From Paraspadella gotoi (lineage: Eukaryota > Animalia > Chaetognatha), in the NCBI GenBank assembly GCA_051294375.1, contig CM119266.1:26354851-26418850 (forward strand): a stretch of DNA of 64,000 bases, written 5' to 3'. Every line of letters begins with the position of its first letter. The first letter of the stretch is position 1. Below, piece by piece: positions 1-12,794 of this stretch. A program made the position numbers and the translations under genes. Under the pieces are notes generated by a model that was not told where the DNA came from, did not search any database, and saw nothing but the letters and a program-made list of their open reading frames with translations.

Positions 1-690
1 TGATATAAGTGAATGCCCAACAAGATTGAGGGGGCGGACCGATGGACCGACAAAGTGAATTATAAAGTCATCCCACCTTAGCAAAAAACACCAATTACTC
101 GTGATTGGATGGATGGATTGGAATGAAATTTTGTGTGTTGGTAGGAAAGTGTGTGATTGTATATGAAGTTTCGATGGAATTGTCCGAGCGGAAATGAGTT
201 TAAATGGAAAAAACAAAAAAATATATTTCATTATTTGAACACCAATTACTCATGAGTGGATGGGGCGATTGACTTGAAATTTTGTATTTGGGTAGAAAAG
301 TGTGTGATTAAACTGGAAATCAAATTTCGATGGAATCGTTTGAGTGGAAATGAGTTTAAATGGAAAAAACAAAGAACCTGTTTCACTAATTGATTATGCT
401 TCTTTTTCGTTTTATTTTAAATGTAAATGCAAGATGTATTAATTAATTAAATAATTATTCAGTTAATTAATCAATTAGTCAATTAATTAATCAATAATTA
501 ATTAATCAGTCAATTAATCAATCAAAACAAACATTTTGGATCAAATTAATTAATTGCCTAATTAATTAAATAATTAACCTGAATAAATTAATTATTAATT
601 AATTAAATAATTAACTTGAATTAATTATTAATGAATTAATTACCGATAATGATCGTGGGCAGATCCGACATTGTTTGCTCAAACTTGTTA
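1..690 (-). mobile_element. DINE-1/Helentron-like non-autonomous repeat copy (family A)
   Basis: Same sequence blocks as the copies at 5394-7380, 55097-57454 and 61810-63175. It ends in the reverse complement of the family terminus aacaagtttgagcaaacaatgtcggatc. Confidence 0.55.
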
Positions 691-2645
691 TCTTCTGAAA
701 GCCCTTGCAAATATGAAGAGAATGGGCTGTACTCCTGCTTCGGGTATTTTAGACAATGATTTTGAAATTCGAATAACTATCATTTATTTTCACCCCACTG
801 ATAAATATAGGACGTTCTTCAGTTAAAAAAACGGTTGGCTATAGTTATCTTTTCCTTATAATTTCGAGCACACTTGGTGAATTTCAAAATACGGTAAGAC
901 ATGATTTCTTCAATCAAATCTCGTTATCTGCTTAATTTTAAGAAAAAGTACATGCGATTTTTCATGGTAAGCACAACATTTAAAGATTAAATTGCTCGTA
1001 GGAATTTAGGCGTCAATCAGATTCACAGAACTCTACAGGATAAAGATGACACTTAATCTTTTTCTCTTTTCCCCTCCCTTTTTCTTTTTCCTTCTCTTTC
1101 TCCCTCTCTGTCACTCTTTCTGTCACTCTTTCTTTCCCTCCTTCAATCCTTCTCTCATCCTTTTCCTCTCTCTTCCTCTCTTTTGCCTTTTTTCCCTAAT
1201 TATTTTTTTTCCTTTTTTATCTCTTCTTTCCTACTTCTCTCTTCGTCTCTCTCTCCTTTTCCATATTTTTTTTTCTTTCCTTCTCTCTTGTTCTCAACCG
1301 CCTCTTAATCTTTTTTTTCTACTTTCAAATTTAATCTCTCTCCCTCTACCTCATCCTCTTTTTTCACACACTCTTTCTCGCTCCACTTCTCTTTTTCTCT
1401 TGTTCTCTTATTTTTTGAGGTGGCCAAATGAAAAAGTTTTGTACGAACAGTAGTAAAAGTTTTTTTGGGTAGCGCAAGATTTTATTTCAATTGGTGCCAA
1501 CCAAAGCAGATCCAGATTAGTGTTTGCCAAGCACGCCAGTGTCCATTTTAACGATCAATCATTCGACAATTGATTTAGTGGCCGACAAAAAAAACAAGTC
1601 TCCACTGACGCTTTCGATTGGCTGTTAACCCGTGCGCGCGCTCTCTTCTCTTTCCTGATTTATTAATCAACGTCTCGGAGTCCAGTACTGTACTTCTTCT
1701 CCTTCTAAAACTCAATTTGAAAATATTCTCTTCATCAAAAATAAATGCAAGTTACAAAAAGTCATAAATTAAAAAACGTGTTTAAAAATTATTTGTGGCT
1801 AAACCAAAAAAGTTTTTTTGGTTATTAAAAGCTTATTCAATAGCCTATATTTTCTGTTAATTTAAACCAATTTGAACAATTTTCGTTTAACAAATTATGA
1901 TAAAAATTGAAAATGAAAATTTTTGACTTGACAACATTAATATTAATTCATAGGCAAACTATAAATGATTTAAGGAAAAAAATTAACCCAGAGGTAAAGA
2001 CGATAAGGAAGAACGGATTTCCAAAGTAAAACATTTTTCTCAACTTTCCTTTGCATTCAAATCAGGAGACGAAAGTGAAAATGGACAAAAATGGACATGA
2101 TTTTTTTTCCTAAATGTAGAAAAAATTGTACTTATTTATCATTAGAAACAGGTGGAGATGATTTAACCAATCCTTAGTTCGGCCCGATTTGTATTGCGGT
2201 ACAAATGAAATTAATATTGTAAGTAACAACTGAACAATATTGGTTCAGGCAGTAGAATTGGGAAAAAATGATTTTTGGAGGTTAAATGAATGATTTTTTT
2301 TTTCTGACTGATGATAAAAGATTGTTTTTCTATATAGTTTCCTTACTTATTTTAATTTGATTTAGGTCAAAAATGGTTGACACCTATCCCTACAGAATAC
2401 TGAATTTGTTCAGCTATTCAGCCATTTATTTTTGTTGATTAAAAATGGTTTTTTTTCCGACTTGGATCTATCGTTTCATCTTTTACAAAGCTTTGTTTTT
2501 TGTTTCTATATCTTTGTAGAATTCAGCCATCCAATACGGTTTTTCGATGTAAAAAAGGGGCGACTTTTTTATGCGCCGCAGTATATATGCTAGTGATATG
2601 AGTTAATAAATACTAGCTTATTAATTAAATAGTAAATTTTCAAAC

Positions 2646-3265
2646 CTCTGTAAATCCGGAATAAAAGTTCTGTAGGGAATCCTGTACTCGTTGAGTTCTC
2701 TTTTGACCCGCTGCAAATGCGACGGTGCCACCCGCACGTCGACTTCGTTTCCCTCGGCAAATCCCGACCAAAAATCAAGAGGCGCCACTGAATGACGATA
2801 AAATGTGAATTTTCTTACTCAAATAACCAGCCTCTTTTTAAATTTTTTGGCCCAGTATGTATCCCTATCATAAGATACGGTTCTACTTAGTAATCTTATC
2901 CTATAACAGTAACAAAATGATACAAAACTTCTGTTCGACCTTAGTAGATAGTACAAATATATTAAGAAAACCTTTTAAATATATTTTTTATTAAGCTAAA
3001 ATATATTGAAACATATTGAAACAAAATTTTAATTAAATATTGTACAAGTCATTATACAATTTTCATAGATAAATTGTTACAAGAGAATCCTTGCATACAA
3101 CAAACAACTGCCGACGAATCTTTTAAGTAATCGGGTGTTTAAAATTCTCAATGTGTAACAGGCTGACCTTCGGAGTCGTTGTCGAACTCCTCGAGTTTTT
3201 GGCTGAGATTCTTCAGCGCAATGAAGTGGAAATCATTTTCCGGTTTCAGGCGTAGAACTTGATGA
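2646..3265 (-). CDS. Partial gene: M14 carboxypeptidase A/B activation peptide (propeptide) exons
   Basis: Exons 3265-3168 and 2787-2646 have GT-AG ends and compatible phases. They splice to HQVLRLKPENDFHFIALKNLSQKLEEFDNDSEVAPLDFWSGFAEGNEVDVRVAPSHLQRVKRELNEYRIPYRTFIPDLQR, which fits the Propep_M14 pattern (QVLR...LDFW...VDVRV.P...IPY...I.DLQ). A phase-compatible upstream exon is possible at 3648-3518. No catalytic-domain exons were found in the window. Confidence 0.62.
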
Positions 3266-3757
3266 CTGGATGAATTACGTTCATGTAAAAAAAATATACA
3301 ACTTTTGCTGAATTAGAATGGTATTATTAATAAATTAGCTTAGTTAATAATGAAAGGATAATTTGTTATTGGCTGTACCTTTATGAATATTTAATTTAAA
3401 CATTCTTTGATGACATTAAATTAATGTTAATAGATTTAGTTTCTCCTTTTAGTAATCCCTCAGCTCTAGCTTACTTCGCACCTAATTCAAATTTATTTTA
3501 TTCCTAAGGAAACTGACTTTGAATTTTCTATCGTGTCACCCCGTTTATTTTTATCGTAAGAATCATGACGAAACCCGTTTTGGTTTTTGAACTGTTCGAG
3601 TGTCGACGATGAATTAAACAGCTTCCCACATGATCTCAGAGCATTCCTCTAATTTAGTTAGCGAGCTCCACAGCCCTATATAATGCAAGACGATAGAGAT
3701 CAAATTTAAATGAACATAACTAACCCACCATTTTGAATGAACTAATAACGTAAAAAA

Positions 3758-6700
3758 ATGCCGTTTAGGGCCAGGAAAACTTGCTTCGAATGGCAGTACG
3801 GTATCTGCGGGAACGCAGAAAACGGCAAGTGCAAAAAGGAGCACCGTTGCGAATCCTGCAACAAAGAAAATTTACAACACTTTGGGAAGGAGGATCGTTG
3901 CTGTAACTCTTGCTTTTACAAGACCTGCTTGAAGACGATCGCGACGGAAACCGTTTTGATGATTCTCTTCGTCTTGAACATTGTCACTGATTTTTATACC
4001 GGAATTTATTACATCACGATTGGTCATCTTCGATTCGCCAGTGTAACCATCGGCTGGCTGTTAATTGCATGGTTGCTGTCCACCTATCGATCCTTGCGCT
4101 ACGCTATCAACGATCGCAAGTTAAAGCTTCAACAGGATCAAAAGCATGCTGAGGCGAAAAACCCGAACGTCTGTTGGAAGTGGACCAAGAAACTCTACTC
4201 GTACACGTTCATGTATCCTTTGATGTCGTTGTTCGGACCAGCCTGGTACCACCTAAAGACTATCACGTTCACGGTCACCAAAAACATTCAGTTGCGTAAG
4301 ATGGTCAAGGCTGTGACTAGGACAAGATCGCCGTTCTCGGTTTTCAACGACACCGTCCAGATCTTCATCCAATTTTACATCTGCAATCGAATTAATGCTT
4401 TTACTGTCATGCATCTGGCCACTATAAGCACCTCCATCATATCAGCCGCGAGCAACATCTCCGACATTGTCAGCGGCAACAGGTACGGATGTGATTTTTT
4501 ACGATATCTGTTTTAATTATATTTTGCCCAGTACCTACTATAATATTTTATATTAATATTAATATTTTTCGGTGCGCAGAATTGAATGTGTGGAAGCTTA
4601 CAAGCAAATAAAGAACCAATCTGTCACACGCCCACTCGACGAAACAGACGCAGCGCTTCCTTCCTCAAAGATAAAAAGAGCTTTGTCGCCGGTATCGGCC
4701 AAACGGCGCCGATTTCAAGCAGTTCGAGTCAAAGTCGCCACCGTCGTCGCTTTCGGCTCCAAATTGTTTCCGAAGAAATTTCGTATGCTACGTGATCTAG
4801 TGACGATCGCCCTATTACTTTGCGTGTACCCGATGTCGATCATACGTGGCGCGACGCATCTTCACGAACCGTGGCACATTCTGGCGTTGGGGGGCGTGGC
4901 GCTTGCGGTGCTCTTAGTCCTCGTCGACACACGCTACTGCCTTTTCCTCGGCATGGAATTTCCGATAGATTTGTCGCTACCGACTTACTTCAACAGGAAC
5001 TGACGAGTTTAAATCTTCGTGAGATGGTTGATTGATTGATTGGTTGTTGTACTATATTCGAATCGACGAAGAAGGCAAAATTTTATTAAATGAGAATGGA
5101 AAGGATTAAAATCAAATAAAAAAGCTCGAAGCATCTTAAATAGAAAAAACAAAGAAAAGACCGAAAGATTATTGATACCTGAGACATATATTGACAAGAT
5201 ACACTAAATTTTATTACAATCGGTTAAGTGGTGTAGGACATATGATTTTTTAAACTTGAGTATTTCAAAACCAAACAGGAAAATCGCCTTTTATCGCTTC
5301 AAAATTATGGACTTGTATGTTTCAATAACCTTAAAATTATTATTTATTATTTATTTATTTATTATTTTTTTTCATTTTTAATCTACTACGAGGAAACAAG
5401 TTTGAGCAAACAATGTCGGATCGGCCTACGATAATTTAAGTGTAATAAGCTAATTTGTCAACTTGCATAATTTGGTCAACTGACATAATTTGGTTAACTG
5501 ACTTCATTTGGTCAACTGACATAATTTGGTAAACTGACATAATTTGATCATTAAGATAATTTGGTCAACCGGCATAATTTGGTCAACTGGCATAATTTTA
5601 TCAACTGGCCTGATTTGGTCAACTGGCATAATTTGGTCAACAGGCATAATTTGGTCAACTTGCAGAACTTGATCAACTTGCAGAATTTGGTCAACTGGCA
5701 TAATTGGTCAACTTTAAGAATTTGGTCAACTGGCATATTTTTGTCAATTGCATAATTTGGTCAATCAATCAATCAATCAATCATCATCATCAGAGAGAGA
5801 TAAAGAGAGAGAACTTTAAAAAAATTCAAATGTGTCTTTTGGTTTTCTTATTTGAACTCTTTTCCACTCCTAACGATTCCATCAAAAAAATTTATATCCA
5901 GCTTTATCACATACTTTCCTACCCACACACAAAATTCAATTTCGATTTATCTATCCAATTTTTAATAAACATAATAATTATGAGTAAATTTAAGTAAAAA
6001 TATTTCAAGTAAATATGACTTTTGTTTTCTATTTTAACTCATTTCCACTCGCACGATTCCATCGAAAGTGTATATCCAGCTCAATAACACACTTTCCTAC
6101 CATCATACACAAATTTCAAGTCAATTGTCCTATCCCAGTATCCACTCATGAGCAATTGGCGTTCAAATAGTGAAATATTTTTTTGTTTTATCCATTTAAA
6201 CCAATTTCCACTTGCACGATTCCCTCGAAACTTCATATCCATCTCAATCAACAGTTTCCTACCACACACACCAAAATTTCATACACATCAATCACATCTC
6301 CATACCAATCACGAGTAATTGGAGTTTTTTGCTAAGGTGGGACGGACGGACGGACGACGGACAGACAGACAGACGGACGGACGAACATCATTTTTTTGCA
6401 TAATTTATCATAATTCGATGTTCTGACATGATATAAGTCTGTGCCCGACAATATTGAGGGGGCGGACCGACAAAGTGAATTAATAGAGTCCGGGATCTGC
6501 TGAAAGTTTGGAGCAAACTAAGGTCGGATCTGCCCACGATTATTAGCGGTAATTAATTAATTAATTAATTAAACAAACTTATTAACTAAAATAATAAGTT
6601 AATTAATAAATTAATTAATTTGATCCGAAATGTTTGTTTTTAGGTTGGAATTATAGAGTCGGGATCTGCTGAAGTTTGAGCAAACTAAGTCGGATCTGCC

Positions 6701-8809
6701 CACGATTATTAGCGGTAATTAATTAATTAATTAATACAAACTATATTAACTAAAATAATAAGTTAATTAATAAATTAATTAATTTGATCCGAAATGTTTG
6801 ATTTTAGGTCTTTTCGTCACTGACCACGACAAAAGCAACGACGACGATGATGGCGACGACGACAATAATGCCGATAAAGATTGACTAGATTGATTGATTA
6901 ATTGATTAAATAATTAATTAATTTATAAATAAATTGATTGATTGAATAATTAAATAATTGATAACTATATAAATTGATTGATTGAATAATTATTTGATTA
7001 ATCGACTTAATTTATTAATTAATTGATTAATTAACTGATTAATTATTTGATTAATTAATACATCTTGAATTTACATTTAAGATAAAAAGGTTTTTTGTTT
7101 TTTTCATTTAAACTCATTTCCACTCAGACGATTCCATCGAAACTTGATTTCCAGCTTAATCACACACTTTCCCACCCACACACAAATTTCATTCCAATCC
7201 ATCCATCCAATCACGAGTAATTGGAGTTTAATACTAAGGGGAACGGACAGACGAACGGACAGACAGACGGACATTATTTTTTTGCATACTTTATCATAAT
7301 TCGAATTTCTGATATGATAAAAATGATTTACCGACAAGATTTTGGGGTGGGACCGACGGACCAACAAAGTGAATAATAAAATTTATTAAATCCTATCAAA
7401 AATTAACTTACAAACTTCAAAGGCAATTTAAAAAAAAACTGGATTTGAAAAAATGTTGCCACTTTGCCGAGGCTCTTCTCCTGACAGTAAAATATCAGAT
7501 TTTTATCATTCCAGGGATGGGATATTTCTATTTTATTTTTCCTCCTATCAAATGAACCATGAGAAATAAATTACTCAATCTCCGCTTACAGGTACGTGCT
7601 TGACAGTCTTCAAACCTACTTGACCTTCGTCCAGCGCAACCACGGACTCTGCCTCTTCCTCAAAATGGCGTACCACCTGATGGTCTTCTTTCTGGCACAA
7701 GCTTTTCTTGCCTACTGGTTCTTCTTTCGATCCTTACGGTTCCGTCATCTCAGCCACGCCGAGCACCTTATCGCTTTTGATAAGGAGTTCGAAGACGATC
7801 TCCGTCAATTTTCGCTGACGCAGTCTTGTCGAGAATTTCTCAGGTTTTGTCGAATTTGTTTTTTGCGTGACACACTTTTGTTGGGACGAGAAATAAAGTG
7901 ATGACGTTGAAATATTGGATAAAGATACTTAAACTCTCTTTCACAAACATACACACAGTCACACACTCTCACTCGACGTAACTTTTTTTTCCCAGGAACA
8001 CGACCTTCACTGGGCTTCCGAAATTTAAGAAGCTCTTCGACGGGTGCTATGCTTTTGCCTCGGGCGGTTGTGAGGATCACGATCACCTCTTCGCCGCCTT
8101 CATTCTCGTCTTTACCATCAATATGTTTTTCGCAGTCTTCTGGAACTCGCGCGTCCGAGACGGCATCAAATCTGTCGGCAACGTCCTCCGTCTTGCCGAA
8201 TCCAAGCGAGAACTCCTCGAAAAACAGAATCGCAACCATCGCGTGAGGACTGAGTTCCTAGTCGAGTATCCCGTCGAGAAACGCCAAGCCGTGGCGCCGA
8301 TGCCCTCCGACGCACCACGGTGGCGCCGCTTTTTCGGGATTGGAGCCGAACGGTGCCGACTGATTCGGAACTTGGGCGCAGAACTTTCAAGACTAACGAA
8401 CGGGCGATTGGACGCCGGGACGCTGGAAAGCGTCGCGTGTGGAGAAGAGGAAGCACGGATTTGGCGGGGCGAGGTTGACGAGGGAGAACAGACCGATGTT
8501 TTTGTCATCAGGTTAGGGAAAACTAAATTGGGGTCGCTTGAAATAATTAAATACTATTCGCGGAACTGGAATGTCAGACTTAACGAAAAGTTTTTTTTTT
8601 TTTTTTACAGATTTAAAACAAAAGCATCGCATAAACTGTTTCAAAAAGTGAAAAAACGACAAACGTTGACGATTGGTGCCGAGAAAGTTCCTTGCGTCTT
8701 TAAACCAATGGAGAAAAAATATATCGAGCGGTACAGAGAAAGAATTAAATCGAAAAACAAGAACGAAGAGGCAGGAGAGGTTTTTTTGCCGAACGTAACA
8801 GTTTCATAG
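3758..8809 (+). CDS. Divergent XK-related (Xkr scramblase-like) multipass membrane protein with N-terminal Cys/His cluster
   Basis: Exons 3758-4482, 4580-~5000 (3' end unresolved), 7592-7843, 7996-8511, 8611-8809. TM segments follow the XK order: NIVTDFYTGIYY..GHLRFASVTIGW, FNDTVQIFIQFYI (cf. ESAPQLxLQxYI), ISTSIISAAS, then YHLMVFFLAQAFLAYWFF and a final TM. The family call is from motif resemblance only. Confidence 0.55.
5394..7380 (+). mobile_element. Cluster of DINE-1/Helentron-like repeats (family A) inside the XK-like gene intron
   Basis: Terminus aaacaagtttgagcaaacaatgtcggatc at 5394, (GGAC/AGAC)n microsatellite at ~6340-6385 and ~7245-7270, subterminal gtcggatctgc motifs, and a local ~170 bp duplication at 6475-6810. 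Confidence 0.55.
5455..5765. repeat. 18-bp minisatellite (tttggtcaactggcataa)n inside a family A element
   Basis: About 17 degenerate copies; this explains the 6-residue periodic ORFs (MPVDQI...). A related array lies at 53340-53430. Confidence 0.9.
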
Positions 8810-9309
8810 CTGATAAATCATATTGGTAACTGCTCCGTTCGTATACTAATTGTTTTGTCAAGATTATGTTTTTCAAACACACTAATTGAGGCCTTTACTA
8901 TATAGGAAAAAAGTATATAACATAATTAATTTATTCAATAAAAAGTATATAAAACATAGGTAAAATATTCTCAATATTTGGTATGCCCTTCCTCGGCATC
9001 GACTTCTTCGTCTGGGCATGACCTCATACATACATACATACATACATTGAGGTATGACAATAAAATGTTTTTCCACATCTTTTTCCGCAATTCTTTTCAG
9101 ACCCGATGTTGATGTTGCATGTCTTTCCCTCTTTTTTAAAAGGTATAATAGCACTTTTTTGAACCAAAAAAAGGTGTAAGGCCTTTAGCATTACCAAATT
9201 AAAAAAAAATAAAAACTTTATTCGAAATAAAAACAAATAACTAAATACCAAAAATGGAAGAAAACTAAATTTTTCATTTGAAATAATAATATTTTTTGGC
9301 TTATAACTT

Positions 9310-9708
9310 TTGTGATAATCCTTTCGTTTGTTGTTTGAAATAGAATAAAGGAAAAACGAAATTTTTTCGCGCTTTAACAACATTTATTTTTTTATGTAAT
9401 GGACAAGTTTCGACTCTAGTTTTCGAGTCTTCATCAGCATTGAAAAAAGATACTTTCACAAACTTTTTTATATTGGTTTAGGGAGAGAGAGAAGGAGGGA
9501 GATATAACGATTAAACGAGTTCCGGCTCTCTCTCTCTCTCTCTCTCAATATCTCCCTCCTTCTCTCTCTCCCTAAACCAATATAAAAAAGTTTGTGAAAG
9601 TATCTTTTTTCAATGCTGATGAAGACTCGAAAACTAGAGTCGAAACTTGTCCATTACATAAAAAAATAAATGTTGTTAAAGCGCGAAAAAATTTCGTTTT
9701 TCCTTTAA
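9310..9708. mobile_element. Foldback Penelope-type terminal-repeat element with two inverted hammerhead ribozymes
   Basis: Arms ~9347-9505 and ~9548-9706 are near-perfect inverted repeats. HHR motifs lie at 9398-9441 (-) and 9612-9655 (+). The flanking direct repeat ggcttataactt (9298-9309, 9709-9720) is a candidate TSD. Confidence 0.8.
9612..9655 (+). ncRNA. Minimal type I hammerhead ribozyme motif
   Basis: aatg-CTGATGA-a-gactc[gaaaacta]gagtc-GAAAC-tt-GTC-catt: conserved core, stem II, short stem III and a 4-bp stem I. The inverted copy is at 9398-9441 (-). Confidence 0.8.
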
Positions 9709-10400
9709 GGCTTATAACTTCTAAATGATTTGACCTACAAAGAAATGGAAGAAAGCTACTGAAAGGTAATTTAATATAGATCCGGAAACATTATGATTTT
9801 TTTTAAAATCAAACAAGTTTTCAAGTAGATATCCTTTATTTAAAATGTTATATACTTTTTTCCTAGATAGTATTTCTGATCTCATCTCACTTTGATCTGA
9901 AACCATTTTATCTTGTCTCTCGTAATAATCGTTAAAATTTATACGGTATGTACCTCATAGTTTGGGGCTAGACTCATTTCATCTCGAGTTCTAACGCGTT
10001 TAATAACTGCTCATTCGGGTGGAGAGATGAAAATATTGAGCGATGGAACAATGTTTTTTGCTGCCTTTGTATATGTAATAAAAAAAACTAAGCCCTTTTT
10101 CAAAAAAAATTTTGCATAACAGTATCAAAATTAAATTTTCTTTATAAAATCATAAAATTTTAAAATTGTATTTTTTAAATTTTAACACTTTCGAATTTGC
10201 CAGAAAAAATCTGAAAAACTTTTGTAAAATATGTTTTATGATATTTTTAGGTTAAAGCTATGAAAAATGACTAAAACATTTTATCATGTAATAGTTTGTA
10301 CTACAAAGAGTAAGAAAATAAAGAATTTTAACCCTTTTTTCTATTTTAATGATGAAGACATTACAATTTTTAATAACATATTTTATATTTTTGATCTAAC

Positions 10401-10510
10401 AAAGTTTGGAAATGTTTTCGTCAACGATTTTTTATTAGTATAAGGACATGTTTCGACTCTTCATTTCGAGTCTTCATCAGCAGTAATGATGCATTAACAA
10501 ATTTGTGTAA

Positions 10511-10548
<38 letters not shown>

Positions 10549-12794
10549 GAGAGAAAGAGAGAGAGAGAGAGAGAGGGCCAAAAGTTTCCAACACAGAGAT
10601 AGTTGTTAAAGAATGAGTACAGTTTGAGTTGAGGACAGATCAGTTGTGAAAAGAAGTGAAATGGTCAATTGGTGAAAGAGAGAGAGAGAGAGACAGAAGG
10701 AGACAGGGAGAGAGAGAGAGAGAGAGAGAGAGAAAAACAGGGAGAGACAAAATAATACATTATGTAATGTACAACAAAGAATAAATTTAAACTAATGGTG
10801 AATTTAACAATTATTCTAGTAATAAATAGATAGTAATGAAAGGAAAGAAAGTTTTTAAATGTGAAATGATACATTTTGTGAGGGATAGATAAGTGAATGT
10901 TAAAGTGAAAAATTAAGAATTAAGATAGAGCTCAAAATGAGCTGGCCCCCTTGGTTTATGCAAATGAAAGGCTTTAACGATGAAGCCGGGTCATTGACGC
11001 GTCATTGGTTGAGATGACAATTCTGTTGAGTTCATTGCCGTTGCATTAGGTAGGCTTCCTTGCGGGAAGAGACCAAGTGCGACTCGAATGTCTCTCTGGC
11101 CTGGTACGCCTGCCGACTGCCCCTTCTCGCCTGCTGGCGAGGCGGGCGGTTGTCCGTTCTTGCCGCTTTTGCAACAGGAGTGGTGGACTCCTCTCCTCCT
11201 CCTGTAGCCGTCGTTTTGGGCGGCGCTCATTTCCCAGAGAGAGGGAATGAGTTGCTACAATCAAGGGAGAGGCATCGTTTGCCCATTGCCTGCGCAAGGG
11301 TCTCCGCCTGTCTCGTTGAGTGGAGACAGGGGAATCATTGTGCGGTCGTGGTGGTGGCGGGGCCTCCACCACGCTTTTGATAAGCGAATCATAGCTTGGA
11401 GGGAGGTCGAATCGTCCTCCATCACGATTCAAAGAAGGTTCGAGGGCTTTGATGTAAATAGCCTCTCTAATACCTCTTGTGAACCAGTTTGGGTCATGGG
11501 ACAGCACGAGACAGTCTGACTCTCTAAATGCATGGCCAGTATTCGCTTTGTGCTCAGCGATTGCGGACAGGAAGTGTCCACGGGTATCACGATAAGGTTT
11601 CGTGTGCTGTTGGAAACGGTCTGTGAGGGACTTGCCTGTCTCGCCCACGTATGCTGCTGTGCAGAGTTGGTTGCCCGCCCCTGCACAGGCCGCCCAGTAG
11701 ACGGCTCCTGATATTTTCGGTCTGGGGATTTTATCTTTCGGTTTCACCAATTGCTCACGTAGGGAGCCGCGGGCCGTCACTGAGGTGGAGATCCCCTGCT
11801 TTGCTAGCACCCGCACCAATGACTCAGTGATCCCTGGTGGTAAGGGAGGGACAAGTGGCCCACGTTCCTAGGTCGCTTCTGCTTATCTTCGGGTGCGCTG
11901 TGGTGGGCGCGGTCGGCTCTTCAGCAGCAAGCTCCCTTCCTACCTCCTGGGGGGTGGAGGTAGGGTCTGCGTCAGCGGCTACTTGGGCAGCCCTTGGTCG
12001 CCACTGCCCTCAGCCAGGTGCGGCCGATACCTAGCCTTCTCGAAGGCCCACAATGGGTAGCCATTGATCGCCAAGGCTCTTTTGACGTGCTCAAGCTCGG
12101 CGGCCTGAAGCTCGGGGGTCGACGGAATCAGCTTGGCTCTCCTGGTAAGGGATCTGACCGTGGCGAGCTTATGAGACAAGGGGGCATGAGAGTCGAAGGG
12201 AATGTATTGGTCTGTGTGCGTGGGTTTGCGATATACCGAAAATTCCAATGAACCGCCCTCTTTGCGCTGAATTAGCACATCGAGCATTGGAATCGACCCA
12301 TTCATCTCCTTCTCACATGTCCACTTGATGCTCACGTGTATGCTGTTCAAGTGTTTTAAGAGGTCCTCAAGGAGGTCCCTCCTCACGGCCAGGATAGTAT
12401 CGTCTGCCTTCCGATACCAGAAGAGGACTGACTCTGCCCCATGCAACGATCGAAAAGAAGCCAAAGCTTCCACCTCATAGTCCTCCATATAGAAATCTGC
12501 CAGAGGACTTGATGTTGATTTGCCCATCCCTAAGCCACCAGGCTGGGCATAATATTGTCCATCGAACCTGAAGTACGCCAGTTCCAGGTCTCTCTCTCTC
12601 TCTTTCTCTCTCACTCTCTCTCTCTCTCTCTCTCTCCCTTCTTTTACACAAATTTGTTAATGCATCATTACTGCTGATGAAGACTCGAAATGAAGAGTCG
12701 AAACATGTCCTTATACTAATAAAAAATCGTTGACGAAAACATTTCCAAACTTTGTTAAATCTCTATACTCAACGAAGCCGAAAGGATTAACACA
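10401..12794 (-). mobile_element. 5'-truncated Penelope-like retroelement (RT C-terminal half + GIY-YIG endonuclease) with inverted pseudo-LTRs
   Basis: RT motifs YAQPGGLGMGKSTSSPLADFYM, WYRKADD and VYRKPTHTDQY at 12590-11990. GIY-YIG motifs GAVYWAAC..C..AYVGETG..RFQQH..EH..H..REAIYI..LNRDGG at 11820-11400. The linker is frameshifted. Inverted terminal copies are at 10401-10575 and 12590-12757, each with an HHR. TSD atattt(t)tgatctaac at 10385-10400 and 12795-12809. Confidence 0.92.
12671..12710 (+). ncRNA. Minimal hammerhead ribozyme motif in Penelope pseudo-LTR
   Basis: CTGATGA-a-gactc[gaaatgaa]gagtc-GAAACATGTC, with a palindromic ACATGT stem III. The inverted copy is at 10444-10483 (-). 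Stem I is weak. Confidence 0.75.

Noticed and set aside
1046-1453. 135 aa Phe/Leu/Ser-rich ORF
   Set aside because: Translation of a CT-rich low-complexity tract; no coding signal.
5504-5755. Periodic ORFs, or a possible CRISPR-like array
   Set aside because: Contiguous 18-bp minisatellite with no unique spacers, in eukaryotic context.
11820-11990. Programmed frameshift between Penelope RT and GIY-YIG
   Set aside because: PLEs encode one ORF; several indels are needed here, consistent with decay or sequencing error.
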